Shown here: one piece after another, positions 10,875 through 21,342 of the stretch | Layout: every line of letters begins with the position of its first letter | Numbering within the stretch: the first letter of the stretch is position 1 | Origin: Nitrospirota bacterium | Lineage (GTDB): Bacteria > Nitrospirota > UBA9217 | Direction of reading: 5' to 3' | NCBI GenBank assembly: GCA_963818475.1 | Contig: CAWFSF010000006.1 | Span: 1,888,001 to 1,952,000 of the forward strand | DNA: 64,000 bases | Position numbers and translations under genes: made by a program | Notes under the pieces: model-generated | Database searches by the model: none | What the model was told of the DNA's origin: nothing | The model's input: only the letters and a program-made list of their open reading frames with translations

Positions 10875-12574
10875 AAACGCTCGAAATCCGAATCTCTCTG
10901 GTCTCCCTGTCCGTTCCCGGCCGCGAGGTCGGCGATCGCCTTGTGCGAGCCGGAAGAAGCGCCGGCGAACCGCAGTGTACGGGCGGGAACAAAGCGCCTC
11001 CCGGCAACCCGGTCCACAGGAACCGCGGCCGTTTTTCTGACCGGTTCGCGGTCGAACAGCTCATTCTCTCCCACCTTAAAGAAACCGACGACCTCCTGAA
11101 GCTGGTCCGCCTGGACCGAAAGCTCCTGGGCCGTGGAGGACATTTCCTCTGCCGCTCCGGCGTTCTGCTGGATCACCTGGTTCAATTCCTGGATCGATGT
11201 ATTAATCTGGTCCGATCCGCTCGATTGCTCCTTGCTGGATGCGCTTATTTCGCGGACCAGTTCCGACGTCTTCTGGATCTCGGGCAGCAGCCGTTCGAGC
11301 ATCACGCGGGCAAGTTCCGCGACCTCTACGGTTGATGACGAAAGCTGCCCGATCTCGCCCGCTGCGGCCTGGCTCCGCTCCGCCAGCTTGCGCACTTCGG
11401 CCGCCACCACGGCAAAACCTTTTCCGTGCTCCCCGGCCCGGGCTGCCTCGATCGCCGCGTTCAGGGCGAGCAGATTGGTCTGGCGGGCGATTTCATCGAT
11501 GATCCTGATCTTTTCGGCGATCATCTTCATCGCCGTGACAGCTTCCAGCACGGCCCTGCCGCTCTCCTGAGCATCGGTCTCGGCCTTGAGCGCGATCGCC
11601 TCGGTCTCGCGGGCATTGGCCGCGTTCTGGCCGGTGCTGGCGTTCATCTCTTCGATTGCGGAAGAAGCCTCCTCCGCGGTCGCAGCCTGGGTCGTGGCGC
11701 CGTGCGAGATCTGCTCCGAATCGGCTGAAAGGCGCCGGCTGACGGTGGCAACGTTGTGGGAGGCTGTCTTGACGCTGTGCGCCACCTCTTTAAGCCGGAC
11801 GACCATGGTATTCAACGCCTCGCCCAGTACGCCCACCTCGTCACGCCCGGCGACGGCGAGTGAACGGGTCAGGTCCCCTTGGGCAACGACCTGTGCGTAA
11901 TCCACGCTTCTCCGGAGCGGTTGGGTCACGGACCGGGTGATGAGCCCTCCCAGCACAGCGCCGATGAGCAGTGCCCCGATACCGAGCACCAATAGCGCAG
12001 TGCGAATGGCGATGGCTTCCTGGTTCATGGAGCTCTCCGCCCTGGCGATATTCTCTTTCGATTTTTCCACCATGGCTTTCAGCAGTCCCTGCACCTCGCC
12101 GAGATGTTTCAACGTGACCTCCGCGAAGATCTGCCGGCCTTCCGGGACATTGCCCTGACCGCGTACGTCCCGTATCCGGGCTGCGGAGGCGTGCAGCAGG
12201 CGATGGGGCTCTTCTATGGACTGGAGGGACTCGCTCAGTTCGGGGATGGTCTTCTCCGCATCTTTCCTTCCCGATCCGTAGAACCACTTGCCGAAACCGC
12301 ACTGCGTATGGTCGAGTTGAACTGACAAAACCCGTCCGTCGTCGTTTGTATTGGAATAACGCTCCACTTCCTGTGCCCATTTCAGATGATCGACCTCGCG
12401 CTGCAGCAGTTCCTCGCTGATCCTGCTGCTCTCCGTCACGGTCTTGCCTGCATCAAAGAGGGAGGACATGCCGCGCAAAGAAAAGAGGGAAATGACAAGC
12501 AAAAGGAACAGGATGCTGCCGAAGCCGATCATCATCTTCCTGCCCAGTTTGACATTATTCCAAGCCATGTACAT
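10871..12574 (-). CDS. Methyl-accepting chemotaxis protein with a CZB domain between TM1 and TM2
   Basis: CZB motif HLKW...HTQCGFGKW...HRLLH; HAMP and MA domains; C-terminal DFERF pentapeptide. Confidence 0.9.
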   Translation of the reverse strand: MYMAWNNVKLGRKMMIGFGSILFLLLVISLFSLRGMSSLFDAGKTVTESSRISEELLQREVDHLKWAQEVERYSNTNDDGRVLSVQLDHTQCGFGKWFYGSGRKDAEKTIPELSESLQSIEEPHRLLHASAARIRDVRGQGNVPEGRQIFAEVTLKHLGEVQGLLKAMVEKSKENIARAESSMNQEAIAIRTALLVLGIGALLIGAVLGGLITRSVTQPLRRSVDYAQVVAQGDLTRSLAVAGRDEVGVLGEALNTMVVRLKEVAHSVKTASHNVATVSRRLSADSEQISHGATTQAATAEEASSAIEEMNASTGQNAANARETEAIALKAETDAQESGRAVLEAVTAMKMIAEKIRIIDEIARQTNLLALNAAIEAARAGEHGKGFAVVAAEVRKLAERSQAAAGEIGQLSSSTVEVAELARVMLERLLPEIQKTSELVREISASSKEQSSGSDQINTSIQELNQVIQQNAGAAEEMSSTAQELSVQADQLQEVVGFFKVGENELFDREPVRKTAAVPVDRVAGRRFVPARTLRFAGASSGSHKAIADLAAGNGQGDQRDSDFERF

Positions 12575-12609
12575 TCTCCCTGTATGAGAATCTATAGTTC
12601 ATAACGGGA

Positions 12610-12954
12610 TCAGTGCTGCGGTTCTTGAGGAGAGCGATCCCGTTTCTGGAGCGACCGCTCCATCCCGAGCCTGGTGACTGAAAAGCCGACAGGCCCTGCA
12701 TCCTCTTCCTTTTTTACGGAGTTCATGAAATCACACTTCCAGCAGTTATGCAGCTTCTGCGCGTATGCTCCCTGCACCTTGCCGCCGCAGAGCGAACCTG
12801 CCACGACCCAGCAGGCCCTGCCTGCGTTCTGCCCGTCATGCACGCCGGCAAGATCCTGATTGGTCGTTACGGGACAAATGCCCAGATCCTGGGCCCGGCG
12901 TCCTCCCGGCTGTCTTTCGCACTTGGTGTGTTCCCAGCAGTTCTTTTTCTTCAT
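12610..12954 (-). CDS. Two-CW domain Cys-rich protein
   Basis: Pattern NCWE..C...CPV...GRACWVVAGSLC...CWKCDF. Confidence 0.75.
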   Translation of the reverse strand: MKKKNCWEHTKCERQPGGRRAQDLGICPVTTNQDLAGVHDGQNAGRACWVVAGSLCGGKVQGAYAQKLHNCWKCDFMNSVKKEEDAGPVGFSVTRLGMERSLQKRDRSPQEPQH

Positions 12955-12995
12955 GATAACGTGACAATTCCTTTTATCAATGGGTGTTCTTTGGA

Positions 12996-13637
12996 TTAAC
13001 CCGGGTTTTCATTCACAACATCGGAGTAAAGTTTTTTGATACAGTGAGGACAAATTCCATGCGTGAATTCAGCCTCGGAATGCCGGCTGAGGTATGATTC
13101 AACCTGTTCCCAGTACCCGCCGGCGTTGCGTATATTTTTGCAGGAGCAGCAAATGGTGATTAAACCTTTTAATGTTTTTATCTCGGCAAGCGCTGTCTGA
13201 AGTTCACGGACAAGCTCTTCACGTCCTTTTTCAAGATTGACGCGCGCTGTTACGTCCTTCGAAATATGAACGAACCTGACTATAGTGCCGTCATTATTTT
13301 TTATGGGATATGCACTGACTTCTGCGTAAACCACGTTGTCATTTTTACCGTGATGCTGATGCACGGTGGTTGCCGGCTCCCCTGTTTTAACGAGTTCATG
13401 AACAGGACAGGGGCTGTTGGGAGATTCACAGTGCGTGTCACTGCCGTGCGCGGCCCTGTAACAATATGTGCCTATGAGTTCGCTCTCTTCCAGGCCGGTC
13501 TGCTGCATTGCTGCTTTGTTTGCCCATAATATTTTATAATCCGCGGAAAGGAGGAGAATGCTTTCCGTAATGCCTTGCGTTACATCCTCAAGCAGTTGTT
13601 TTGTCTCGCTTAAAGAATTTTCCGTATTCATTCGCAA
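12996..13637 (-). CDS. PAS domain protein with a C-terminal CxxC...HGICPxC domain
   Basis: Cys/His-bearing PAS domain, a coiled coil, then ICCSCKNIR...FTHGICPHC. Confidence 0.8.
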   Translation of the reverse strand: MRMNTENSLSETKQLLEDVTQGITESILLLSADYKILWANKAAMQQTGLEESELIGTYCYRAAHGSDTHCESPNSPCPVHELVKTGEPATTVHQHHGKNDNVVYAEVSAYPIKNNDGTIVRFVHISKDVTARVNLEKGREELVRELQTALAEIKTLKGLITICCSCKNIRNAGGYWEQVESYLSRHSEAEFTHGICPHCIKKLYSDVVNENPG

Positions 13638-13827
13638 GGCACCAGGCTTTCAGCATATTCATTTAAAATAAACCGTAGATATAAGGAGATGCCTAATTAT
13701 AATTTTACAAAAACCATCCTATTATGCATTTCCCAAAATAATTGTCAACAAAAAAATCACGTTATACCCTTTAAAATACACCGACAGGGTAATGTAGGGC
13801 AATCTGATTTCATGGCTGATCCCTATA

Positions 13828-13909
13828 ATGGCAGAAGGTTCTTTCCTTAAAATGCGATCCAATGCGATGCAGGGTCCTGCACCCCTGAATGTCACCGCAG
13901 CGGCCTATG
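13828..13909 (+). pseudogene. Degenerate relic of trxC
   Basis: Matches the trxC 5' end (15777 onward) and the internal segment 15902-15930. Confidence 0.6.
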
Positions 13910-13950
13910 TCGGTTGATCTTTAGATTACGCATTCAGCCGAAAAAAATTC

Positions 13951-14952
13951 TTAACGCAGGTCTTCCTTCACAAAATCGGGATAGTGTTTTTTGGCACAGT
14001 GAGGACAAATTCCATGAGTGAATTCAATCTCAGAATGCTTATGGATGTATAATTCGATCTGTTCCCAGTACCCGCTGTCGTTGCGTATGTTTTTGCACGA
14101 GCAGCAAATGGTGATTATGCCTTTTAAAGTCTTTATTTCGGCAAGCGCTTTCTGAAGTTCACGGATAAGTTCTTCACGTTCTTTTTCAAGATTGATGCGC
14201 GCTGTGATGTCCTTTGAAATATGAACGAACCTGACAATAGTGCCGTCATTATTTTTTATGGGATATGCGCTGACTTCAGCATAAACCGTCTTGCCATTTT
14301 CACCGTGATGCTGATGCACGGTGGTTGCCGGCTCCGCTGTTTTAATGAGTTCACGAACGGGACAGGGGTTGTCGGGAGATTCGCAGTGCGTGTCACTGCC
14401 GTGAGCAGCCTTGTAACAATACGTCACCTATGAGTGCTCTCTCTTCCAGGCCGGTCTGTTGCAATGTTGCTTTGTTCACCCATAATATTTTATAATCCGC
14501 GGAAAGGAGAAGAATGCTTTCCGTAATGCCTTGCGTTACATCCTCAAGCAGTTGTTTTGTCTCGCTTAAAGATTTCTCCGTCTTCATTCGATCGGTAATC
14601 TCCCTGGCAACCTTGATGCCGGCTACAATCCTGCCTTCTGAATTTTTTAGAGGGATGCGGTCGTCTCTGCGTAAATGACTCCCTGAGAGTAGTGCATGAT
14701 CTAACCGCGGAATGACCACTGCCGTCCTGAAAAGCCATGAGAACAGGACAGCCTTCGCATGCATTATTCCAGTGATGACAACACCTTATAGCAGTATTCA
14801 CCGACATGGTCTCCATGCAGATTTTCGTGAGCTTTATTTTGGAATAAAACCTTGAAGTCAACACCCTGGATACTGACGGCGCCGATGCCGTCAACAATCG
14901 CCTTTAAAACGGTGCTGTCGCGAAGCGGCTCTTTGATATGTTGACTGATCAT
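13951..14952 (-). CDS. Two-PAS domain paralogue of 12996..13637 (several frameshifts)
   Basis: The last ~630 nt are nearly identical to the neighbouring gene; there is an extra N-terminal PAS domain. Confidence 0.7.
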
Positions 14953-15066
14953 TCGCGGATGAATCTTTCAGTTTTGATTTACGTGAATAACCGGTGTTAT
15001 TATGCATGCACGAAAATACGTTGCAAGGGCACAAAAAAAAGGCTACAATTTGACATACATTGCGGC

Positions 15067-15270
15067 TTATGCAGCTGGCTTGGTGCCGTTATCCCAAAGA
15101 TCCGCAACGCTGGCACCCAGCGTATTGGCGATGGCTTTACGAACCGCCGGGCTATCAATGTGCCCATTAACGACGTAACTGGTCCACACTCGAGACTTAC
15201 CTATACAGCGCGCCAGGTCGGCGACAGTCATGTCTTTATCGATCAGGAGCTTTTTTACGGTCTTGGTCAT
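15067..15270 (-). CDS. Small Cro/Ner-like HTH protein
   Basis: HTH sequence MTVADLARCIGKSRVWTSYVVNG; divergent from the repressor. Confidence 0.75.
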   Translation of the reverse strand: MTKTVKKLLIDKDMTVADLARCIGKSRVWTSYVVNGHIDSPAVRKAIANTLGASVADLWDNGTKPAA

Positions 15271-15318
15271 TTTTTTGTACCTCAAACTTGACGTGTGTAA
15301 TCGCTAGGTGCAAGTATA

Positions 15319-15370
15319 CGCCAAAATATGGCATATCGTCAAGAGGAAAATGCGCCAGAATTTGACATAT
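15319..15370. promoter_or_regulatory. Putative operator repeats of the divergent HTH pair
   Basis: CGCCAAAATATGGCATAT (15319) and CGCCAGAATTTGACATAT (15353) match at 15/18 positions; a third copy lies at 15041. Confidence 0.45.
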
Positions 15371-15757
15371 GAAAAACGCTTTTCATTTATTGGGTTTCGG
15401 CTTAAACAGTTGCGAGGAGAGCAATCACAGTCTGATTTTGCTCAACTGATCGGTGTGCCTTTTAGAACGTATCAACGCTATGAAGCCGGTGAGACGGCTC
15501 CAAAGCGTGATGTTATTGAAAAGATATCCAAGCTTACCGGAAAATCTGTTGACTGGATTATGACTGGAGAAAGTGGACTGCCGGCGGATCATGCAACAGA
15601 GCAGACGGCTGCGAATGGCCATGATGATATAACACGGAAACTCGTGGATATACTCAAGGATATGGACAGGGACTGCCGGCGTGATGTGCTGAAATACGCT
15701 CAAGAGAAAAAACAGGCTGCGGCCTGGCGTCGTGAGAAAAAACTGAAGGAGGGGTGA
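15350..15757 (+). CDS. XRE-family (cI-like) transcriptional regulator
   Basis: Sequence RLKQLRGEQSQSDFAQLIGVPFRTYQRYEAGE...SVDWIMTG. Confidence 0.85.
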   Translation: MRQNLTYEKRFSFIGFRLKQLRGEQSQSDFAQLIGVPFRTYQRYEAGETAPKRDVIEKISKLTGKSVDWIMTGESGLPADHATEQTAANGHDDITRKLVDILKDMDRDCRRDVLKYAQEKKQAAAWRREKKLKEG

Positions 15758-15776
15758 GATATCACCAGGTTCGCCT

Positions 15777-16226
15777 ATGTCCGAAGGCTCTTTTCTTATA
15801 CGATGCAGGTCCTGCAGAACGATCAATCGCGTCCCAGCCGACAAGCTCGGCAGCCGTCCCGTCTGCGGACAGTGCAAAACGCCGCTCGAAGTTCCGCACA
15901 GCCCCTTGAACGTCACCGCAGCAGCTTATGACCGCGAAGTGAACGATTGGCCGGAATTCGTCCTCGTGGAATTCTGGGCTAAATGGTGCGGGTACTGCCG
16001 CATGGTTGAGGTGGTGGTGAACGATCTGGCTGCAGGGCGGGCAGGACAACTGAAGGTGTTGAAAGCAGATGTGGATGCCGAACCAAACCTGGCACGGCGT
16101 TTTATGGTCAAAGCAACGCCGACGTTCATGCTCTATCGGAATGGAAGGCTGCTGGGACGGTTGGATGGCGCGCCAAAGGAAAAGATCGAGCTGGTGCAGT
16201 GGCTCGACCGCACCATGAAGTCCTGA
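15777..16226 (+). CDS. trxC: Thioredoxin 2 with an N-terminal zinc finger
   Basis: Zinc site CRSC...CGQC and active site WCGYC. Confidence 0.85.
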   Translation: MSEGSFLIRCRSCRTINRVPADKLGSRPVCGQCKTPLEVPHSPLNVTAAAYDREVNDWPEFVLVEFWAKWCGYCRMVEVVVNDLAAGRAGQLKVLKADVDAEPNLARRFMVKATPTFMLYRNGRLLGRLDGAPKEKIELVQWLDRTMKS

Positions 16227-16276
16227 CCACCGTCCGCCACAACCTCCCAGGGAAGCTATTCCTTCGGGTCAAGGTA

Positions 16277-16362
16277 TTATCCGCAGATTCCGCAGATTAC
16301 ACAGATTAAAACAACCTGAATGATTTTTCTAAAATCTGCGCCATCTGCGTAATCTGCGGCCA
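16277..16362. repeat. 9-bp-periodic inverted repeat element (copy 1 flanking fdhE)
   Basis: Arms CGCAGATTC-CGCAGATTA-CACAGATTA and ATCTGCG repeats. Confidence 0.75.
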
Positions 16363-16379
16363 AAGGTTTTTGCGCATGT

Positions 16380-17154
16380 TCACCCTGCCGTGGACATCCT
16401 GAGCATTCCCAGCGGATTCGGAGCACGCCGCACATATCCCTTTTCCTGCACCACCAGATCGAGTGGCAGGCTCATGAGGTCGGCAGCGTCCGGGGTCGCG
16501 TGCCGAAGCACTGCCGCATCAACGGTCTTGACGTAGGAACGGCAATGGTCGCAGGTCGTTATGGCAAATCCTTCTTCACCGTCGAAGGTGAGACGGCTGC
16601 GCTGACCATCTTCGTCATTGAGGCAGACGGGGCATCCGGTCGATGCAATCGGCCCTGTCGTCTCGCAGTAGGAGCAATGAAGCCGCTTCGGACCGTCAGG
16701 CCCGTTGGACAGAAGCGCCGGCTGGCCGCTGCAGACAGGGCATTTGCCCTGTTCCCATGCCTGCCCGTCCATGGGGCGTGCATCACGGAGCAGCGAGAAA
16801 TAGGGCCTGCTCAGCAGGAACAGAAGCATGGACAGATCGTCCTCGGGATAGGGCAGCGAAAAAGCGGGCACTTCGCGGAACGGGAGACGGGTGAGGTCGA
16901 TATCGCCCACCTCCATGGCCCGCTTCAAGCGGGTCCAGCATGTCCTGCGGCACTTCCGTGAGGACCGCAAAATGCCGGAACACCGGCTCGATGACCGAAG
17001 GGGGGTACGATCTCATGGTGCTATCCGGAAAAGCCTGTTCCGTTGCGAGCAGTTCCCGCACCACCCTGTTGAACGTCGTCGTTCGTGCATAGAACCGGAA
17101 AAGGTCCGTAAGATGGGGTTTCTGTGCGATGAGTTCATCGATAGTCATGTGCAT
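16380..17154 (-). CDS. fdhE: Formate dehydrogenase accessory protein FdhE-like (frameshift near 16920)
   Basis: Four CxxC pairs (CPVC, CSYC, CPVC, CDHC) and the motif YVKTVD...DLMSLPLD. Confidence 0.75.
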
Positions 17155-17173
17155 GGCGCAGTATTGTCCTTTC

Positions 17174-17265
17174 ATTATCCGCAGATTGCGCAGATTTCAC
17201 AGATTAAAAGCAAACCGGAATTATGTTTTTTAAAATCCGCGTACATCGGCGTAATCTGCGGATAA
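17174..17265. repeat. 9-bp-periodic inverted repeat element (copy 2 flanking fdhE)
   Basis: Direct homologue of 16277-16362. Confidence 0.75.
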
Positions 17266-17291
17266 AAGGGTTTTGTCTTTCAGCACTCCTG

Positions 17292-18347
17292 CTACGGCAC
17301 TTTCGGATACTGCAGGACGATATCCTCGCCTGACAGCGCTTCGACCATGAACGTCTTGAGAAAAGCTTTTTCCGCCGCGCTCAGGCCGAGCGGTTTGAGC
17401 GCTTCGTTTCCCTTGCCGCCGCCTTTATCGAAAAAGTCGATCACTTCTTCGAGCGTCGCAAAGATGCCGTTGTGCATATAGGGGCCGGTCTTCGCTATCT
17501 CCCGGAGCGTCGGCGTCTTAAAGGCCTTCCAGTCCTTTTTGTCCTTGGTGATGAGGTATCTGCCCAGGTCCTCGTTCAGCGTGCGATAGTCATCGAAGTG
17601 GTTCAGCTTTGCCACGAACCGCCGGGTAGCCGTGATGCGGGCATCGGTCAGGTGTTCGGGATTTTCCGGGACGTTCAAGGCGTGAAACCGGTCGTCGGAA
17701 AGGCTGACCCCGCCGTGGCATTCGCCGCACTTTCCCTTGTACCATGAAGACCACGAGCCCCTTCTTTGCATCATCGGACAGTGCCGCCGTATTCCCCTGC
17801 AGATGCCGGTCGAGCGGGGCGTTCTTCGATACCAGCGTCCGCTCGAACGCCGCGATCGCCATCGCGATCCGCTCCCGGGTGACCTCGCCGCCGAAGACCT
17901 TCTGGAAGGACGCGTTATATTCGGGGACCGCCCTGATCACCTCTTCAAGGTAATCGAGATTCCGGTTCATCTCAAAGGCCGACATCATGGGGAACAGCGC
18001 CTGGTCCTCCAGCGTCAGGGAGCGGCCGTCATGGAACAGGAATTTCTGGAACCCGACGTTGATGAGCGTCGGTGAATTGCGCCAGTTCCTCGTCGTGGGA
18101 TAGTTCAGCGATATTTCGAGACCGTCGGAGAACCCTTTTTCCGGGTCATGGCAGGTGGCGCAGTTCATAGTGCCGTCGCCCGAAAGCCGCCGGTCGAAGA
18201 ACAGCTTCTTGCCGAGCTCGATCTTTTCCGCTGTCTGGGGGTTCTGCTCCGGTACGGGAACAGCGGTGAGGGGAAGAAGGTTGCCGGCAAGGGCAATGCT
18301 CGACACAAGAAGCATACCCCTATCGCCATGATCATGCCATTCCACAT
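17292..18347 (-). CDS. Diheme cytochrome c peroxidase / MauG family (frameshifts)
   Basis: Motifs LGKKLFFDRRLS, CATCH, CGECH and FKTPTLREIAKTGPYMHNG; signal peptide. Confidence 0.85.
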
Positions 18348-18605
18348 TATTGCCTCCTTTACAAACGATGCATTCTCAAAAAAGTCAGAATTTAACGCAG
18401 AGACGCGGAGACACGGAGAAAAGCATCTCGCTGCTTTCGTCCCTCTCCGCTATCCTCTCCCCAACGAGGGAGAGGGCTGGGTGAGGGGGAGGTTCCGGGA
18501 TGTAAGAATACTTTGCATTATAAGGATTTCCTCTGCGCCTCTGCATCTGGTTAAATCCGATATATTGAGAGTCCCCTAAAGATACTCCGCATTCCGCAAT
18601 CCGCC

Positions 18606-19184
18606 TTAGCGCAGCTCCTCGTCGATGATCTTCTTGAAATAGGCAAAGGGCCGTTCGCCCACGACCTTGCGGCCGTTGATGAAAAACGTGGGGGTATTAT
18701 AGAGGTCCATGTCCACGGCGAGTTTCTTGTCCCGCTCGATCTCCCGGGCATGTTTCTTTACGTCAAGAGACGCTGTGAATTTCTTCAGGTCAAGCCCCAG
18801 TTCCTGCGCATACTTGATGAGGCTTTCCCGGTCGAGCACGGGGGAGCGCTTGAGCAGCAGGTCGTGCATTTCCCAGTACTTCCCCTGGTCCTTCGCGGCA
18901 AGCGAGGCCTCTGCCGCGATGTGGGAATAATCGCGGTAGATATAGGGATAGTTCTTGATCACCAGCCTGATCTTGCCCGGGTAGGCCTCCATGATCTGTT
19001 TGACGGTCGGACCGGCCGCCATGCAGTGAGGTCATTGAAAATCGAGGAACTCGATGATCGTCACCGGCGCGTTCAGCGGACCGGTTGAAGGAGAATCGCC
19101 GATGGGCACGGAAAAGCGCTTCTCGTCGGCAAAGGCAGACACTGAAATGAGCGCAACTATCATTATGAAGATGAGCTTTTTCAT
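18606..19184 (-). CDS. Exported DsbA-like thioredoxin-fold selenoprotein (UxxC)
   Basis: Signal peptide, then in frame APVTIIEFLDFQ-TGA-PHC; TPTFFINGR motif; SECIS-like hairpin just 3' of the TGA. Confidence 0.8.
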
Positions 19185-19232
19185 GTACTGTTCTCCTCTC
19201 CTGTGGCTGCTTCGGGCTTCATTTACGCTATA

Positions 19233-19895
19233 TCAGAAAGCGATCACACCGCTCATCATAAAGATCTGAAAATTGCCAAAACCCGCGCCGGTTTTATCGA
19301 TAGTATTTATCGAATATTCGGCACGTACGCCAAACTGGCTGTTGAAGTCATACTGAGCTCCGGCGCCAAGGACAAAATCAGCGCCCGAAGCGCTTTTCGA
19401 TCCGCTGCCCGATCCTGATCCGACAAGACGGAAATTCACGTCAGAACGCCAGAAGATAAGCCCCCCTCTTGCGAAAACCGTGAAATACTTTCCAATCGGA
19501 AGGGAAACAACGGGAGTGAGCTCAAATCCGGTCACCTTGCTTTGATAGTAATCGCCAGAGGCTTGGTCGTTCACACGAACTTTTTCAAGGTAAAGGAATG
19601 AACCCTCTATACTGAGATGGTCATTGAGCTGATACCCGCCGAACAACCGGAGGACCTGGTCCGATTGAACATCAGGTGTGTCAAAATATACTTTTCCTTT
19701 ATCGGGGCTTGCATCCAGCACTGAACCGATACCGAGGCCCATATAGCCTTTGGCGGTCCCGGCAGTGGCTGCCGGTGTCCAAATAAGTAATCCGGCGCTG
19801 AAAACAAAAAGCGCGGACAGGAGGCATGTGCTCCATATTGTTTTTTTTCGCGCTTCAGCTTCACGTCTTTTGTCCTTGCCCGGGTTCAGAACCAT
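19233..19895 (-). CDS. Outer-membrane beta-barrel protein (OmpA-TM-like)
   Basis: Motifs FGGYQLN and GAGAQYDF..FGVRAEY; terminal Phe. Confidence 0.8.
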   Translation of the reverse strand: MVLNPGKDKRREAEARKKTIWSTCLLSALFVFSAGLLIWTPAATAGTAKGYMGLGIGSVLDASPDKGKVYFDTPDVQSDQVLRLFGGYQLNDHLSIEGSFLYLEKVRVNDQASGDYYQSKVTGFELTPVVSLPIGKYFTVFARGGLIFWRSDVNFRLVGSGSGSGSKSASGADFVLGAGAQYDFNSQFGVRAEYSINTIDKTGAGFGNFQIFMMSGVIAF

Positions 19896-19958
19896 TATTC
19901 AATCCCCCTCGATCTCTCCCGCTGAAAGGAGTGTGCCAGTAACCATAAACGTATTATA

Positions 19959-20402
19959 TCAGGGATAACACACTGTTTGTCCATCGTTGAGCAAAACATA
20001 ATTCGTCCAAATACTCCCTTTATCAATCTCCCGTACGAATATATTTCCGAACCCGGTATCCGAAGTGCAGATTTTCAAGGGTATTTTTTCTCCGCGACTG
20101 CTCCTGTTCTCATATATGAGCCCCTCAATGCAAAAGGATGTATCCAGGAGGGCTTTCGCTTCCTCGCATTCGGCCGGCAGGGGATTTTGCCTGCAGGTTT
20201 CGCCGTTCACCTTGATGCTGGCCTTGGCGCACTCGATGCTTCTCGACCCTTTGCATACCCCGTCAAGCACTTGCACTTTGCCTGAGAATAGGGGTTTATA
20301 TTCCAACGTGATTTGAATGTAACCGCTCAAGGTTTCCTCTGCAGCGCTCGCGAAGGGGGACATTAGGATGAACAGGATGGCAAGTATAGGGATCAGTTTC
20401 AT
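19959..20402 (-). CDS. Secreted Cys-rich hypothetical protein (probable cassette gene)
   Basis: Signal peptide; lies just downstream of an attC-like site. Confidence 0.65.
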   Translation of the reverse strand: MKLIPILAILFILMSPFASAAEETLSGYIQITLEYKPLFSGKVQVLDGVCKGSRSIECAKASIKVNGETCRQNPLPAECEEAKALLDTSFCIEGLIYENRSSRGEKIPLKICTSDTGFGNIFVREIDKGSIWTNYVLLNDGQTVCYP

Positions 20403-20445
20403 TAATCCTCACGAAAATTGATACCCGGCAATTGCGTAGCACCGG

Positions 20446-20503
20446 GAGCAACGCGCCTGATGCGCCGCCTTCTGGCGCGTCGCTGTCGAGGCGCAAGTTG
20501 GAA
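20446..20503 (-). repeat. attC-like integron recombination site
   Basis: TTCCAAC...GTTGCTC imperfect palindrome, very similar to the attC at 61828. Confidence 0.7.
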
Positions 20504-20553
20504 ATATCGGAACGGGGAACGTGCGGCGGAAGGCAAGTAATAGGAGCGTGGTG

Positions 20554-21073
<520 letters not shown>

Positions 21074-21342
21074 TCATTCAGTCCTCTGCTAGGGCATTAT
21101 ACACAAAAATTCTATCCAGTGCAGTCATTGCCTGCAAAAAAATGCCAGCCTTCTTTCCATTGGTCCTTTGCCGAAGTATAAAGCCAATGAACAAATATAG
21201 CAGTGATATTCCCCAAGAACCCGAAAAGCGCCCATGCCCTTTTGTTCTCGGAGGCTTTCTTGTAAAGATACCTTGCACTCCATGCATTTAAAATTGAGAT
21301 GAAGAACATCAGCCTTTTTGTGGCTAGCTGTCGTTAATCGGG

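Noticed and set aside
15067-15757. Prophage
   Set aside because: No integrase, transposase, replication or structural phage genes nearby.
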